DNA from: Alphaproteobacteria bacterium
GTDB taxonomy: Bacteria > Pseudomonadota > Alphaproteobacteria > SP197
NCBI GenBank assembly: GCA_964291265.2
Contig: OZ219747.1
Span: 4,320,001-4,384,000, forward strand
Length of the DNA stretch: 64,000 nt
Direction: 5' to 3'
The notes under the pieces were generated by a model, which worked only from the letters and a program-made list of their open reading frames with translations, made no database searches and was not told where the DNA came from. This document shows positions 9,864-19,992 of this stretch, piece by piece. The stretch's first letter is position 1. Each line of letters starts with the position of its first letter. Both the position numbers and the translations under genes were made by a program.

Positions 9864-11242
9864 CCCGATGAGGCCTCCTCATTGTTCTGGCGTTTCATGG
9901 CAAGCCACTCTTCAAGCCAGCCCGTGTGGACGGCGTTGTCGGCAATGGAAGCTTCCCTGAGCAAGTCGACGAAGAGCGGGCGCGTGGTTGCGATGCCATC
10001 GATCCTCAGTTCCGAGAGAGCCCGGGAAAGTCTGGCGAGGGCATGGTCGCGGGTTTCTCCGTGAACGATCAGCTTGCCGAGAAGAGAATCGTAGAAGGGT
10101 GGCACCTGATATCCGCAATAGAGCATGTGGTCGCACCGCACGCCCGGACCATCCGGAACGGCGATGTCCGAAACCGTTCCAGGGTTCGGCAGGAAGTCAT
10201 GTGCGGGGTCCTCTGCATTGAGCCTCACTTCGATGGCATGGCCGCGTGAGCCGATGTCTTCCTGCCTGTGCCGCAAGGACCCGCCACCAGCGATGCAGAT
10301 CATCTCGGCGACCAGGTCCAGACCGGTGATCATCTCCGTGACCGGGTGTTCCACCTGGATACGGGTATTCATCTCGATGAAGTGAAACGTGCCGCGACTC
10401 TCATCAAAGAGATATTCGACTGTCCCTGCGCCCGAATATCCGACTGACTGCGCCAGGTCGACTGCCGAACGGCACAGTGCTTCGCGGGTGGCGTCATCAA
10501 GAGCGGGGGAACGAGCTTCCTCCCAGACCTTTTGCCGGCGTCGCTGCAGAGTGCACTCTCTTTCCCAGCAGTGAATCACATCCCGTCCATCACCCAGAAC
10601 CTGGACTTCGATGTGCCGGGCTCCGGGAATGATCTTCTCGATGTACAGGCCGCTGTCCCCGAATGCTGCCCGCGCTTCCGTGGCCGCCTGACCGGACAGG
10701 GTTGCGAATGATTCCGCATCCCTGGCGATGCGAATGCCTCGTCCGCCACCTCCGGCGGCGGCCTTGATCATCACGGGAAAGCCAAGATCCTCCGCGAGCC
10801 TTGCCGCGTCAGCCATGTCCTCGATGACATCGTCACTGCCCGGAACGATGGGAACACCGGCCGTGACGGCCTGACGTCGTGCCGCAGCCTTGTCACCCAT
10901 CAGGCGGATGGTGTCGGGAGAGGGTCCCACGAACATCAGCCCGGCGTTCCGACAGGCTTCCGCGAACTTCGCGCTCTCAGCCAGGAAGCCATATCCTGGA
11001 TGAATCGCGTCAGCGCCAGTTTCCCGTGCCGCGGCCAGGATGGCTTCGATCGCGAGATAGGACTTCGACGCCGGAGGCGGACCGATCTCGATGCTCTCGT
11101 CCGCGAGTTTGACGGCCAGCATGTCGCTGTCCGCTGCCGAGTGCACCTGAACGCAGGGAACTCCCAGATCCCGTGCCGCGCGTACGATGCGCACCGCGAT
11201 TTCGCCGCGATTGGCGATCATCAGCTTTCTGATACGCATCAC
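9860..11242 (-). CDS. Biotin carboxylase subunit
   Basis: IANRGEIAVR, HPGYGFLAE, KAAAGGGGRG, RHIEVQ, QRRRQK, FIEMNTRIQVEHPVTE, YDSLLGKLIV. Confidence 0.94.
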   Translation of the reverse strand: MMRIRKLMIANRGEIAVRIVRAARDLGVPCVQVHSAADSDMLAVKLADESIEIGPPPASKSYLAIEAILAAARETGADAIHPGYGFLAESAKFAEACRNAGLMFVGPSPDTIRLMGDKAAARRQAVTAGVPIVPGSDDVIEDMADAARLAEDLGFPVMIKAAAGGGGRGIRIARDAESFATLSGQAATEARAAFGDSGLYIEKIIPGARHIEVQVLGDGRDVIHCWERECTLQRRRQKVWEEARSPALDDATREALCRSAVDLAQSVGYSGAGTVEYLFDESRGTFHFIEMNTRIQVEHPVTEMITGLDLVAEMICIAGGGSLRHRQEDIGSRGHAIEVRLNAEDPAHDFLPNPGTVSDIAVPDGPGVRCDHMLYCGYQVPPFYDSLLGKLIVHGETRDHALARLSRALSELRIDGIATTRPLFVDLLREASIADNAVHTGWLEEWLAMKRQNNEEASSG

Positions 11243-11475
11243 CGCAGCACGGCCAGAACGTCGCCCGCCATGACCGCATCGGCGTCCTCGACTTCGAACC
11301 GCTCGACAATGCCGTCGATTTCGGACTTGATCTCGTGAAACGTCTTCATCACCTCGACGAGACCGATGACATCTCCGGTCACCACCCCGTCACCCACCTC
11401 CTTGTAGGGAGGCTCCTCAGGTGATGGTCTGCGGTAGAATGTGCCCGGAATCCGGCTCCTGATCACCTTGTCCAT
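11239..11475 (-). CDS. Biotin carboxyl carrier protein
   Basis: 78 aa; PGTFYRRP, biotinylation motif EVMKT. Confidence 0.9.
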   Translation of the reverse strand: MDKVIRSRIPGTFYRRPSPEEPPYKEVGDGVVTGDVIGLVEVMKTFHEIKSEIDGIVERFEVEDADAVMAGDVLAVLR

Positions 11476-11497
11476 CGATCACTTCCTTCATGGCTGG

Positions 11498-12235
11498 TCA
11501 TGCATCCTCATCTCCACTGCCCGAGAGGGCGCGGTGCACGGCACGTGCAACTTCGGCGGCATTGGGCGTGTCCGAGTGTACGCAAACCGTTCCTGCGGTG
11601 ACTGGGAGGAGACACCCTCCGACGGTGACGAGCGTCCCTTCGGAAACCGCCTGAAGGGACCGCTTCGCCGCCAGGGCAGGATCGACAGCACCGTGATCCC
11701 GGGTGATGATCAGGTTGCCGTCGTCGCCGTAATCGAGGTCCGCGAAAAACTCGGCAAGGAACTCGATGCCGCGCGCCCTGTAGACCGTTTCATGCAAGGT
11801 ACCGGACAGTCCCATGACGGCGAGCCTGTAGATTGCTGCAGCATCGGCGACAGCCTCGGCAACGTGTTCCTGACGGGCCGCCATGCCGTAGAGCGCCCCA
11901 TGTGGCTTGATATGCGAGAGTTCCGAACCTGTTTCCTTCAGAAAGCCCGTCAGCGCGCCGACCTGGTAGAGAATGATGTTGCGCAATTCAGCGCGTTCCA
12001 TCTTCATCTCGCGGCGACCGAATCCGACCAGATCCGGAAGGGACACGTGGGCGCCGATGCGGACGCCGTACTCGTCCGCGAGGGCCACGGTCGCCGCCAT
12101 GTGGTTGGGGTCCGAGCCATGGAATCCGCATGCAACATTGGCTTGGGAAATGAACGGCATGATGGCCGCATCGTTGCCCAGCGTGTAGAGCCCGAAACTC
12201 TCACCCATGTCACAGTTGATGTCTGCAAGCATCAT
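11498..12235 (-). CDS. LamB/YcsF family protein (PxpA-like), copy 1
   Basis: DINCDMGESFG, ANVACGFHGSDP, HIKPHGALY, TVCVHSDTP. Confidence 0.92.
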   Translation of the reverse strand: MMLADINCDMGESFGLYTLGNDAAIMPFISQANVACGFHGSDPNHMAATVALADEYGVRIGAHVSLPDLVGFGRREMKMERAELRNIILYQVGALTGFLKETGSELSHIKPHGALYGMAARQEHVAEAVADAAAIYRLAVMGLSGTLHETVYRARGIEFLAEFFADLDYGDDGNLIITRDHGAVDPALAAKRSLQAVSEGTLVTVGGCLLPVTAGTVCVHSDTPNAAEVARAVHRALSGSGDEDA

Positions 12236-12295
12236 TCCGACATCCCTCAATCCTTCGACGACGCAACACAGCGAAGGCGAATCTGGTCGCTGAGC

Positions 12296-13390
12296 TCATG
12301 TCATGGGCAGCAGATGACCATCGGCGGAAGACCAGCTCACGGTCAGGCTGTCACCGTGACGCGGCGCCGACTGTCCCTTGCTCAGGCTCTCATGCTGCTC
12401 GACCTTGAGCTCCTCGCCGTTGCCCAGGTCCAGCACCAGCAGGATGACGCTGCCAGCATACTCGAGACCCTTGATAATGCCTGTCAAGCTGTTGTCTCCG
12501 GACGATTCCTCGCCCAACTGCGTACGCATCAGGTCGGCGCGAACCACCAGTGTGACCCGCTGGCCGACATCGAGCGCCGTGCCGTTCTGGTCTATGCTGA
12601 AGGTCGCATGCGGCGTTTCGACCATGATCTTGTTCGCGGAAACCCCGCTCACCCTGCCGTCGAACAGATTGTTGCGCCCGACGAATTCGGCGACGAAACG
12701 TGACGTCGGCTCGTTGTAGATCGTCTGGGGCGAGTCGACCTGCTCGAACCGGCCCTCGTTCATGACCGCGATGCGATCGGCCATGACCAGTGCTTCGCCT
12801 TGATTGTGCGAAACGTGAATGAAGGTAATCCCCATCTGGCGCTGGAGGGACTTGAGTTCACTCTGCATCTCGATGCGAAGCTTGGCATCAAGCGAACCGA
12901 GGGGCTCGTCCAGGAGAATCAGAGCGGGCTCCACAACCAGGGCTCTGGCCAGCGCCACGCGCTGCCTCTGACCGCCCGAGAGCTGATCAATGCTGCGTCG
13001 GGCCAGATCTTCCATTCCGACCACACGCAACGCCCTGAGTGCCTTTTCCTTTCGATCCCGGGGAGACTCACCACGCATGCGCAGACCGAACTCCACATTC
13101 TTGATCGCGGTCAGATGCGGGAAAAGGGCAAAGGACTGGAACACCAGGCCTATGTTGCGCCGATATGGAGGCACTCCCTCCATATGCTCGCCACGGACGA
13201 TGATCTGTCCACTGTCCGGCTGATCAAGGCCGGCAATCAGACGCATGGTGGTCGTCTTGCCGCAGCCGCTCGGGCCGATGACCGACAGGAATTCCCCGCG
13301 ATGGACCTCGAGTTCGACGTCATCAACCGCGACCACGTCACCAAAACGCTTGGTGACGCTCTTGAGTTGGATATCGGACTCAAGCATCAC
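12296..13390 (-). CDS. ABC transporter ATP-binding protein (PotA-like, TOBE domain)
   Basis: GPSGCGKTT, LSGGQRQRVALARAL, LLDEP, FVAEFVG. Confidence 0.93.
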   Translation of the reverse strand: MMLESDIQLKSVTKRFGDVVAVDDVELEVHRGEFLSVIGPSGCGKTTTMRLIAGLDQPDSGQIIVRGEHMEGVPPYRRNIGLVFQSFALFPHLTAIKNVEFGLRMRGESPRDRKEKALRALRVVGMEDLARRSIDQLSGGQRQRVALARALVVEPALILLDEPLGSLDAKLRIEMQSELKSLQRQMGITFIHVSHNQGEALVMADRIAVMNEGRFEQVDSPQTIYNEPTSRFVAEFVGRNNLFDGRVSGVSANKIMVETPHATFSIDQNGTALDVGQRVTLVVRADLMRTQLGEESSGDNSLTGIIKGLEYAGSVILLVLDLGNGEELKVEQHESLSKGQSAPRHGDSLTVSWSSADGHLLPMT

Positions 13391-13577
13391 GAAATCCCTT
13401 TCCGGACCGGTGTGAAGGGTACCCGCTTCTCCCGTTCATGACAAACACCCTTGGCCCAGTGTTCGGCGACTGTCCAGGTCACCGTCGACACGCAGATGGG
13501 ACAGTTTCCGTGCTTCGGGTGTTCATCAGGGCCGTTGGCTTTTTTCGGGCGGGCACGAGCTCGATCTTCGACCTGGG

Positions 13578-14500
13578 CTGAACTTCCCGCGAAATCACCG
13601 TGGATTTGGGGCATGGCGATTGATCTTGCCGGACAATGAGCAGGCATGTGGGGGGCAGGACGTTCCCGTGTCATGGATCGGTTCCTGCCTGACACTGGAT
13701 GTTCTCCCCTCCCTGACAGCTCCCCTCCCGCCATCTGTGCTTCGCGAAGGATGACGAAAGAGAAGATCGAGGCCTTGCGAAGGGGCACAGGAACGCACCT
13801 CTGATCGCGCGTGATGATGCCTTCGACATCACGACCACTCCTGTCTCCTGCCTCTGCAGGACTGGCCCCTTCGCGCCTGATGTCATCGCTCCGCAGCACG
13901 CCATCGTCGGGATCAACGAAGTCGCGCCATGGACGTTCATGGTGGCGGTTGCGACCGCACGGATTGCTGATCCACCGGATCAGCACATCGGCTTCGGGCG
14001 ATCGACTGAAGCGATCAGGGGCAAGGCCATCTCGACATTGCCCGGCTGACCCATGGCGCCGCAGTCGAACAGACGCAAGGTCCGAAACACCGGCATGGGT
14101 GGTCTGCGGAGAGAACCGCTGATCGGGCCGGCCGGTCATCCGGTACAGATCTCGTCAGCAGGCAACTGCTGCAACGTCGGCCCTGGACCGTGTTCCCGGC
14201 CCTGCAGGGTCGTCATGGCCTCGATCACCCGGCCGAACCGGAGCACTGTCCTTGTCTGCATGCTTGTGTTCACCGGTTGGCCCTGTTTCGAACAGTCGGA
14301 AACGGAACGGCAGACTTTCGGAGGGCCGGCGATGCCCTTCGTCCAAGCGGCGAAGGAAACATGCGCCACAGGCGGCGCAGGGACCCGGAACATCGGCTGA
14401 CCGTGAAACGACCGTCCCGCCTCGATCCCCGGGCGGGGACTGTTCAATTCACTTCCATGCAATCGATATCTCGTGGGCTTTCTGGCAAACACGAAGTCAG
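13578..14500 (+). mobile_element. Highly decayed, internally deleted IS1634-family element
   Basis: Broken + frames read DSSPPAI/VLREG*, KEKIEALRR, RDDAFDIT, MVAVATARIADP and RSTVLVCML. These match, in order, IS1634 transposase motifs (NSPPAILLRE, IEALRR, DDAFEITRSL, AMIVARI, RAHVFLCML). Possible ends CTGAACTTC (13578) and GAAGTCAG (14500). Confidence 0.5.
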
Positions 14501-15217
14501 CATGGTCTTCAGGGCCTCGTGAACCGCCCGGACGACTGCAACGGCATCCGGCGTGTCGCCATGGACGCAGATGCTGTCAGCCCGCACGTCGACATCCTTG
14601 CCGTTGATCGACGTCGTCTTGCCCTCGTTGACGGCGCGCAGCACACGACCTGCAGCGGTTTCAGCGGCAACGGGTCGATGTTCCATGGTGATGATCTGCC
14701 AACCCCGGTCGTCGTAGTCGAGATCCGCATAGAACTCGCAGGAATAGGGAATGCCGCGTTCTCGGTAGACCTCGTCCTGCACGCAGTTGGAGGAACCGAT
14801 GACCGGAACATCGAAGATCTCCGCCGCATCCGCGATCCCGTGCGCCATGTCCTGATCCTTCATCGCCATGCCGAACAAGGCACCGTGGGGTTTGAAGTGA
14901 CTGAGCGCGATGCCCTCCGCTTCGAGAAAGCCCTTGAGGGCGCCAACCTGATATATGACCATCGCCGCCGTCTCGTCGCGGGAGAGCTTGATTTCGCGTC
15001 GGCCGAAACCCTCGCGGTCGGGAAAGCCGGGATGTGCGCCGATGCTGAGGCCATGTTTCTTCGCCGCCCGCACGGTTCGCCACATGATCCTCGGATCGGA
15101 GGCATGAAAGCCGCAGGCAATGTTCGCATGGGTGACGAACGGCATGCAGGCCTCGTCATCTCCCATCTTGTAGATTCCGAAGCCTTCACCCATGTCGCAG
15201 TTGATCGTGACGGCCAT
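14444..15217 (-). CDS. LamB/YcsF family protein (PxpA-like), copy 2
   Basis: INCDMGEGFG, ANIACGFHASDP, GAHPGFPD, HFKPHGALF, SICVHGDTP; last ~15 codons may read into the IS relic. Confidence 0.9.
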   Translation of the reverse strand: MAVTINCDMGEGFGIYKMGDDEACMPFVTHANIACGFHASDPRIMWRTVRAAKKHGLSIGAHPGFPDREGFGRREIKLSRDETAAMVIYQVGALKGFLEAEGIALSHFKPHGALFGMAMKDQDMAHGIADAAEIFDVPVIGSSNCVQDEVYRERGIPYSCEFYADLDYDDRGWQIITMEHRPVAAETAAGRVLRAVNEGKTTSINGKDVDVRADSICVHGDTPDAVAVVRAVHEALKTMLTSCLPESPRDIDCMEVN

Positions 15218-15234
15218 GCCGGTCTCTCTTCCTC

Positions 15235-17292
15235 CTACAGTGTCACCAGATAGTTGCCATGGGGATCCACCAGCGCGCTTTGGCCAGCGAGCAGCAAGCT
15301 GGTGAATGTCTCCTCCTCGATCACGGCGGGTCCGTCGATCGTTGCGCCGGCGCCCAGGGAATCGCCATCGTACACGGCCACATCGGTGATGCCGCCGAGT
15401 TCATGGATGTAGACCGGGCGCTGCGCCTTGGGCGTGGCAGCGCCGTCCCGAATCGCGATCGGCTGTCCTCGGCGCTGCTCCCGGTACGTGTTGATCCCGA
15501 CGGCGCGCACCTTCCAGGTGGTGAACTCGACCGTGTCGTCTTCGTCCTTGATGGTGTAGATGCGGTAGTGCGTTTCGTGAAAGGCCTCAACCAGTCGCTC
15601 CACGTCGGCTGCAGAGACGGTCCCGTTGTCCAGCTCGCAGGGCACGTCGATCTCCCAGGACTGGTATTCGTAGCGACCCAGATAGACATACTCATAGCGC
15701 CGATCCTCCGGCGCCACGCCGGCGCGGTCGAGAAAGGCCGTACCACGCTGGCGCAGGGTTTCGAGAATCGCGTTCACACCCTCGAGGTCAAAGCGCTTGT
15801 CGTCGGTGTGCAAGGTCGCGCTCTCCTCCCAACGGAGGTCGGAGATCAGGCCGCCGAATGCGCTGAGACCCGCTGCGAATTTGGGAATCATCAGTCGTCC
15901 CATGCCCAGCACCGATGCCATCTCACCGATGTGGCAGGCCGTGGCTCCGCCGCCACAGACCAGATAGCTGTCGCGCGGATTGATTCCCTCACGGATCGTG
16001 ATGTCCTCGATCGCGGTGATCATGTTGTGGTTGCTGGTCGTATGAACCGCATAGGCCGCATCGATCAGCCCGATCGAAAGCCGTTCGGCGATTTCGGCGA
16101 CCGCCCCTTCTGCGGCCGCCCTGTCCAGCTTGATGCGTCCACCCAGGAAATAGTCGGGATCAATGATCCCGAGGATCACGTTGGCGTCGGTCACAGTGGG
16201 ATCGGTCCCACCCAGACCATAGCAGGCAGGGCCCGGTCGCGCTCCAGCGCTCTGCGGTCCGACGCGCAGAAGTCCGCCAACATCCACCCAGGCAATACTT
16301 CCGCCACCAGCGCCGATCGAGCGTACGTCGACCTTGGGGATGCCGAGCATGTCCTTGCCGATCATCGCTTCCGGCGTGACCACGAGTTGTCCACCACGGA
16401 TCGCTGAAACGTCGAAAGTCGTGCCACCCATGTCGCCGACAATGACATCGGGCTCGTCGGTCAGATGCTGCGCCGCGATGGGGGCGAGGGTCGGGCCGGA
16501 CATGACGCTGTAGATCGGTTTGCCGACAATCTCCTCGGGTGGCATCATGCCGCCGACGCAGTTGCCCATGAGCAGCTCTCGCCTGTATCCGTTCTCTTCC
16601 AGTGCCTTTTGCAGGACCTCGACGTAGGAACTGACGATCGGGCTGAGACTGGCGTCAATCACTGCCGAGATGGCCCGCCGGTATTCCCGGGGGATCGGGT
16701 TGAGTTCGTGGCTGAGCGTCACCGGAATTCCCGGCCATTCGGCATGGATGATCTCGCCGATGCGCCGTTCGTGTGCGCCGTTGGCGACCGACCAGAGCAG
16801 ACAGACGCCGATCGCCTCGACATCGAGCCGGCGAAAGTGGGCGACCGCCGCCATGACATCGCGTTCCTCGAGCGGCACCAATTCGCTGCCGTCTGCCGCG
16901 ATGCGGCCACGCACCGTACGGGTCCGGCTGCGTGGAACGTAGGGTTCCGGGAAGTTCAGACGCCATTCGAACGATCGTTTCCGCGGCGCCTCCCGCAAGG
17001 TCAGGATGTCCGGGAATCCCTCGTTGGTGATGAAACCGACCGGTCTGGTCTTGCCCTCGACCAGGGCGTTGGTCGACACCGTGGAGCCGTGGACGATTGA
17101 CCGGACCTGACCGAGAAAGCCCTTCAGATCATGGCCGTAGAACTCCGCGGCAATCGCCAGGACATCGATGAAGCCTCGCTCGAAGGCATCCGGCGTCGAT
17201 GGCGACTTGAATATGTGCAATGCACCCGCTTCGTCTGCGACCACGCAATCAGTGAAGGTTCCGCCGATGTCGATGCAAAGGCTGTAACTCAT
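15235..17292 (-). CDS. Hydantoinase/oxoprolinase subunit A (HyuA-like, ATP-binding)
   Basis: IDIGGTFTD, HGSTVSTNAL, SGP, DMGGTTFDVS, IGAGGGSIAWVD, GPQSAGARPGPACYG, TVTDAN. Confidence 0.93.
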   Translation of the reverse strand: MSYSLCIDIGGTFTDCVVADEAGALHIFKSPSTPDAFERGFIDVLAIAAEFYGHDLKGFLGQVRSIVHGSTVSTNALVEGKTRPVGFITNEGFPDILTLREAPRKRSFEWRLNFPEPYVPRSRTRTVRGRIAADGSELVPLEERDVMAAVAHFRRLDVEAIGVCLLWSVANGAHERRIGEIIHAEWPGIPVTLSHELNPIPREYRRAISAVIDASLSPIVSSYVEVLQKALEENGYRRELLMGNCVGGMMPPEEIVGKPIYSVMSGPTLAPIAAQHLTDEPDVIVGDMGGTTFDVSAIRGGQLVVTPEAMIGKDMLGIPKVDVRSIGAGGGSIAWVDVGGLLRVGPQSAGARPGPACYGLGGTDPTVTDANVILGIIDPDYFLGGRIKLDRAAAEGAVAEIAERLSIGLIDAAYAVHTTSNHNMITAIEDITIREGINPRDSYLVCGGGATACHIGEMASVLGMGRLMIPKFAAGLSAFGGLISDLRWEESATLHTDDKRFDLEGVNAILETLRQRGTAFLDRAGVAPEDRRYEYVYLGRYEYQSWEIDVPCELDNGTVSAADVERLVEAFHETHYRIYTIKDEDDTVEFTTWKVRAVGINTYREQRRGQPIAIRDGAATPKAQRPVYIHELGGITDVAVYDGDSLGAGATIDGPAVIEEETFTSLLLAGQSALVDPHGNYLVTL

Positions 17293-19100
17293 CGCGGTGC
17301 TCTCCGCGCCGCACGCAGATCAGCCGTGGCGGGTTCTTCCACCACGTAGTCGACACCGTTGTCAGCCAGTTTCAAGGCGACTCCGTAGACTTCCCTCGCG
17401 CGCTCGGGGCTGAGCCAGCCCCGATTGACGGTCGCGGCGACCTTGCCGGGCGGGCGGTCGAACGGCTCGCCGTAGCCGCCGCCGGCACCGGTCACCGAGA
17501 CGACAGCCTCGCCCGGCCGGCAAACGACCTGATGAAAGCCAGGAAGCTTCTTGATCGTACCGTCCGCCGAGCGATGGAAATTCAGTGCCGGCGCGCCGTC
17601 CAGGCCGGACAATGCACCCTTTGCGGGGTTCACTTCGCCGTCGCTGCAATAAATGACTGTGACGTCGTCGTCTGCGATCGGCCCAAAGATCAACTTGGTG
17701 CCGGGAGCGCCGTCGTACTCGCCGCAACCGAGAGTGTCTTTTTCGAGCCAACGGCCCTCGACGACGATGGGATACATGGATTCGTCGATTTCCACGGAAT
17801 CGAGAACGATCATGCCGCCGTTGTCCGCTCCGCAGAAGGTGATCCAGCCGTCATGGTCCTGCAACCCCGGCCCGGCCGCATAGCCAATGAACATCTGGTT
17901 GACGTAGGGCTGGTTGTCCTTTCGCGAGTCCATCCCCGAGATAACCGCCATGCCGATCGGCTGCATGTAACCGCCTTCAGCCATGCCAAAAGGCTTGCCC
18001 ATCTGTGCGAAACAACTGGCGACGGCCGTGACGAGGCGATCATTGACGTTGGTGGTCGCGACAGAAGTGCCGACCGGGTAGTTTGGTCGTCCCACAACAC
18101 AATTGTCGCGCAACAGGACCTCGATGCGGCTGGCGCTGCCTTCGTTGTGCGGAATCGTTGAATCGAGATTGTAGAACACCCCGATCCGACAGGAGCCGGA
18201 CGAAGTCGCTTCGGTCAGGTTGATTCCGCCATCGACGCAGTCGATGTTGTCGCGCGCATCAACCGTAATCTTGCCCTCATCCGGATCAACCGTCACCGAA
18301 ACCCGGACCGGCACGCCGTCGTCCGCAACGGTAGGTACCGGATCGTGCCTGGTCTCGTAAGTCCAGGTGCCTTTCGGGAACTCCCGGATGGCCGCGATCG
18401 CGCGGCGCTTGCCGTATTCGATCCACTCGTCGACGAAGGTGCCGATGACCTCCCTGCCGTAGCGCGCAACCAGCTCTTTCAGCCGACGCTCACCGGTCCG
18501 GCAGGCGCCTACCTGGGCCTGATAGTCTCCGTACCAGATGTTGTTCACCCGAATCTTCATCAGACCCATGCGGACGATGTCCTTGATATCCTCATAGTTC
18601 CTCTGAATGCGCACACAGGGAAAATGCATGCCCTCCTCGTAAACCGTCCGCGCGTAGGGCAGATAGGTGGTCGGCAGCGGGGCACCAACGTCGGCATGGT
18701 GTGATCTGGAAAGGGCCCAGAACAAGAGTTCGCCATCGACAAAGACCGGAACACAGAGGGTCATGTCGGCATGATGCGTGGTTCCCGTGTAGGGGCAGTT
18801 GTTGATGAAGGCATCACCCTCCTCGATATCGTCAAAGAACTCGGTGATCGGCTGCGTCGTCAGACCGAGCGCCGTGATATGTATCGGGATACCTTCCTCG
18901 ACCGAGACCAGGCGGTGGTCGTAGGTCAGAAGTCCGCAGGACATGTCACGGGCATTCTTGATCACTGCCGAACGGCTGGCCTTCATCACGGTGTTGGTCA
19001 TTTCCCGTATGATGGCCTCAAAGCGGCTCGCGAGGACTGACATGAGGAAGGGGTCGATGCGCTGCCCGTGCGAGCCCGATACGGCTCCTGTCTCTTTCAT
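17289..19100 (-). CDS. Hydantoinase B/oxoprolinase subunit (HyuB-like)
   Basis: ARDMSCGL, NNCPYTGTTHHAD, HHADVG, EEG, GAGGGYGEP. Confidence 0.92.
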   Translation of the reverse strand: MKETGAVSGSHGQRIDPFLMSVLASRFEAIIREMTNTVMKASRSAVIKNARDMSCGLLTYDHRLVSVEEGIPIHITALGLTTQPITEFFDDIEEGDAFINNCPYTGTTHHADMTLCVPVFVDGELLFWALSRSHHADVGAPLPTTYLPYARTVYEEGMHFPCVRIQRNYEDIKDIVRMGLMKIRVNNIWYGDYQAQVGACRTGERRLKELVARYGREVIGTFVDEWIEYGKRRAIAAIREFPKGTWTYETRHDPVPTVADDGVPVRVSVTVDPDEGKITVDARDNIDCVDGGINLTEATSSGSCRIGVFYNLDSTIPHNEGSASRIEVLLRDNCVVGRPNYPVGTSVATTNVNDRLVTAVASCFAQMGKPFGMAEGGYMQPIGMAVISGMDSRKDNQPYVNQMFIGYAAGPGLQDHDGWITFCGADNGGMIVLDSVEIDESMYPIVVEGRWLEKDTLGCGEYDGAPGTKLIFGPIADDDVTVIYCSDGEVNPAKGALSGLDGAPALNFHRSADGTIKKLPGFHQVVCRPGEAVVSVTGAGGGYGEPFDRPPGKVAATVNRGWLSPERAREVYGVALKLADNGVDYVVEEPATADLRAARRAPR

Positions 19101-19124
19101 CGCCTGTTCCTCTCGCAGTGCCTT

Positions 19125-19988
19125 CTATCGGGAGACCATGTCGGCACGTCGGCTCCTGCGCAGGGAAAGCGTCATGAGCACAAGGTAGCCACCAACCACC
19201 AGGAATGAGAGCAGAGTCGTCAACGTGCCCAGGGCATAGAGGGTCGGCGTGACCCGGGTCGTGACCGAAGCCATGACCATGACCGGCAGGGTCTGCTCGT
19301 TTCCGGTGATCAGGAGACTGCGCTGGAACTCGTCAAGCGACAGCGTGAAGGCGAACAGCATGGAGGTCAGGACAGCAGGCTGCATCAGGGGCAGGGTCAC
19401 ATGACGGAAGGCCTGCCAGTGGGTCGCCCCGAGCGTGAGCGCGGCATCCTCGAGCGAGGAATCGAACCGGTTGAAGAACATCAGGAAAACCACCAGCGAG
19501 AACGGCAGAGTCCAGACGACATGAACCGCGAGCCCCGTGGTGAGCCAATGCGGCACGATGTCGAGTGACTGGACGATCAGAGCGGACCCGAGGCTGACCG
19601 TGATGCCGGGGACGATGATGCCAAGGAGCCAGAGATAGAAGATCCCGTTCGAGCCCCGAAAGCCGCGGCGGAAGGCCTGCGCCGCCATCAATGCGAAAAC
19701 GGTGGAAATGACCAGCGTGATCAGGGCAAGCAGCAACGACCGCTGCAAGGCGCCCAGATAGTCGCCGAGAAACTCCCCGACGTCGCTGTACTCGGTCAGC
19801 TTTCCGGGATTGAACAGCTTCCAGTACCAGATCGTGCTGGTGTCACGCATCGGGAAGGTATGTCCACCGCGCGGACCCTGGAACGAGAGGATGGTCATGA
19901 TGACGAAGGGAAAGTAGAGCACCATCAGGATGAAGCTCAGGTACAGGTACGCGATTGGCCGGGTCAGTTTCTGGAAACTCGGGATCAC
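19125..19988 (-). CDS. ABC transporter permease (PotC-like)
   Basis: Multiple TM helices; EAA loop LEDAALTLGA; FTLSLDEF; GTG start. Confidence 0.9.
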   Translation of the reverse strand: MIPSFQKLTRPIAYLYLSFILMVLYFPFVIMTILSFQGPRGGHTFPMRDTSTIWYWKLFNPGKLTEYSDVGEFLGDYLGALQRSLLLALITLVISTVFALMAAQAFRRGFRGSNGIFYLWLLGIIVPGITVSLGSALIVQSLDIVPHWLTTGLAVHVVWTLPFSLVVFLMFFNRFDSSLEDAALTLGATHWQAFRHVTLPLMQPAVLTSMLFAFTLSLDEFQRSLLITGNEQTLPVMVMASVTTRVTPTLYALGTLTTLLSFLVVGGYLVLMTLSLRRSRRADMVSR

Positions 19989-19992
19989 GTCG

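Noticed and set aside
13387-14492. Minus-strand ORFs of 250 and 118 aa as operon members
   Set aside because: Atypical composition and no motifs; better explained as the antisense of a decayed transposase.
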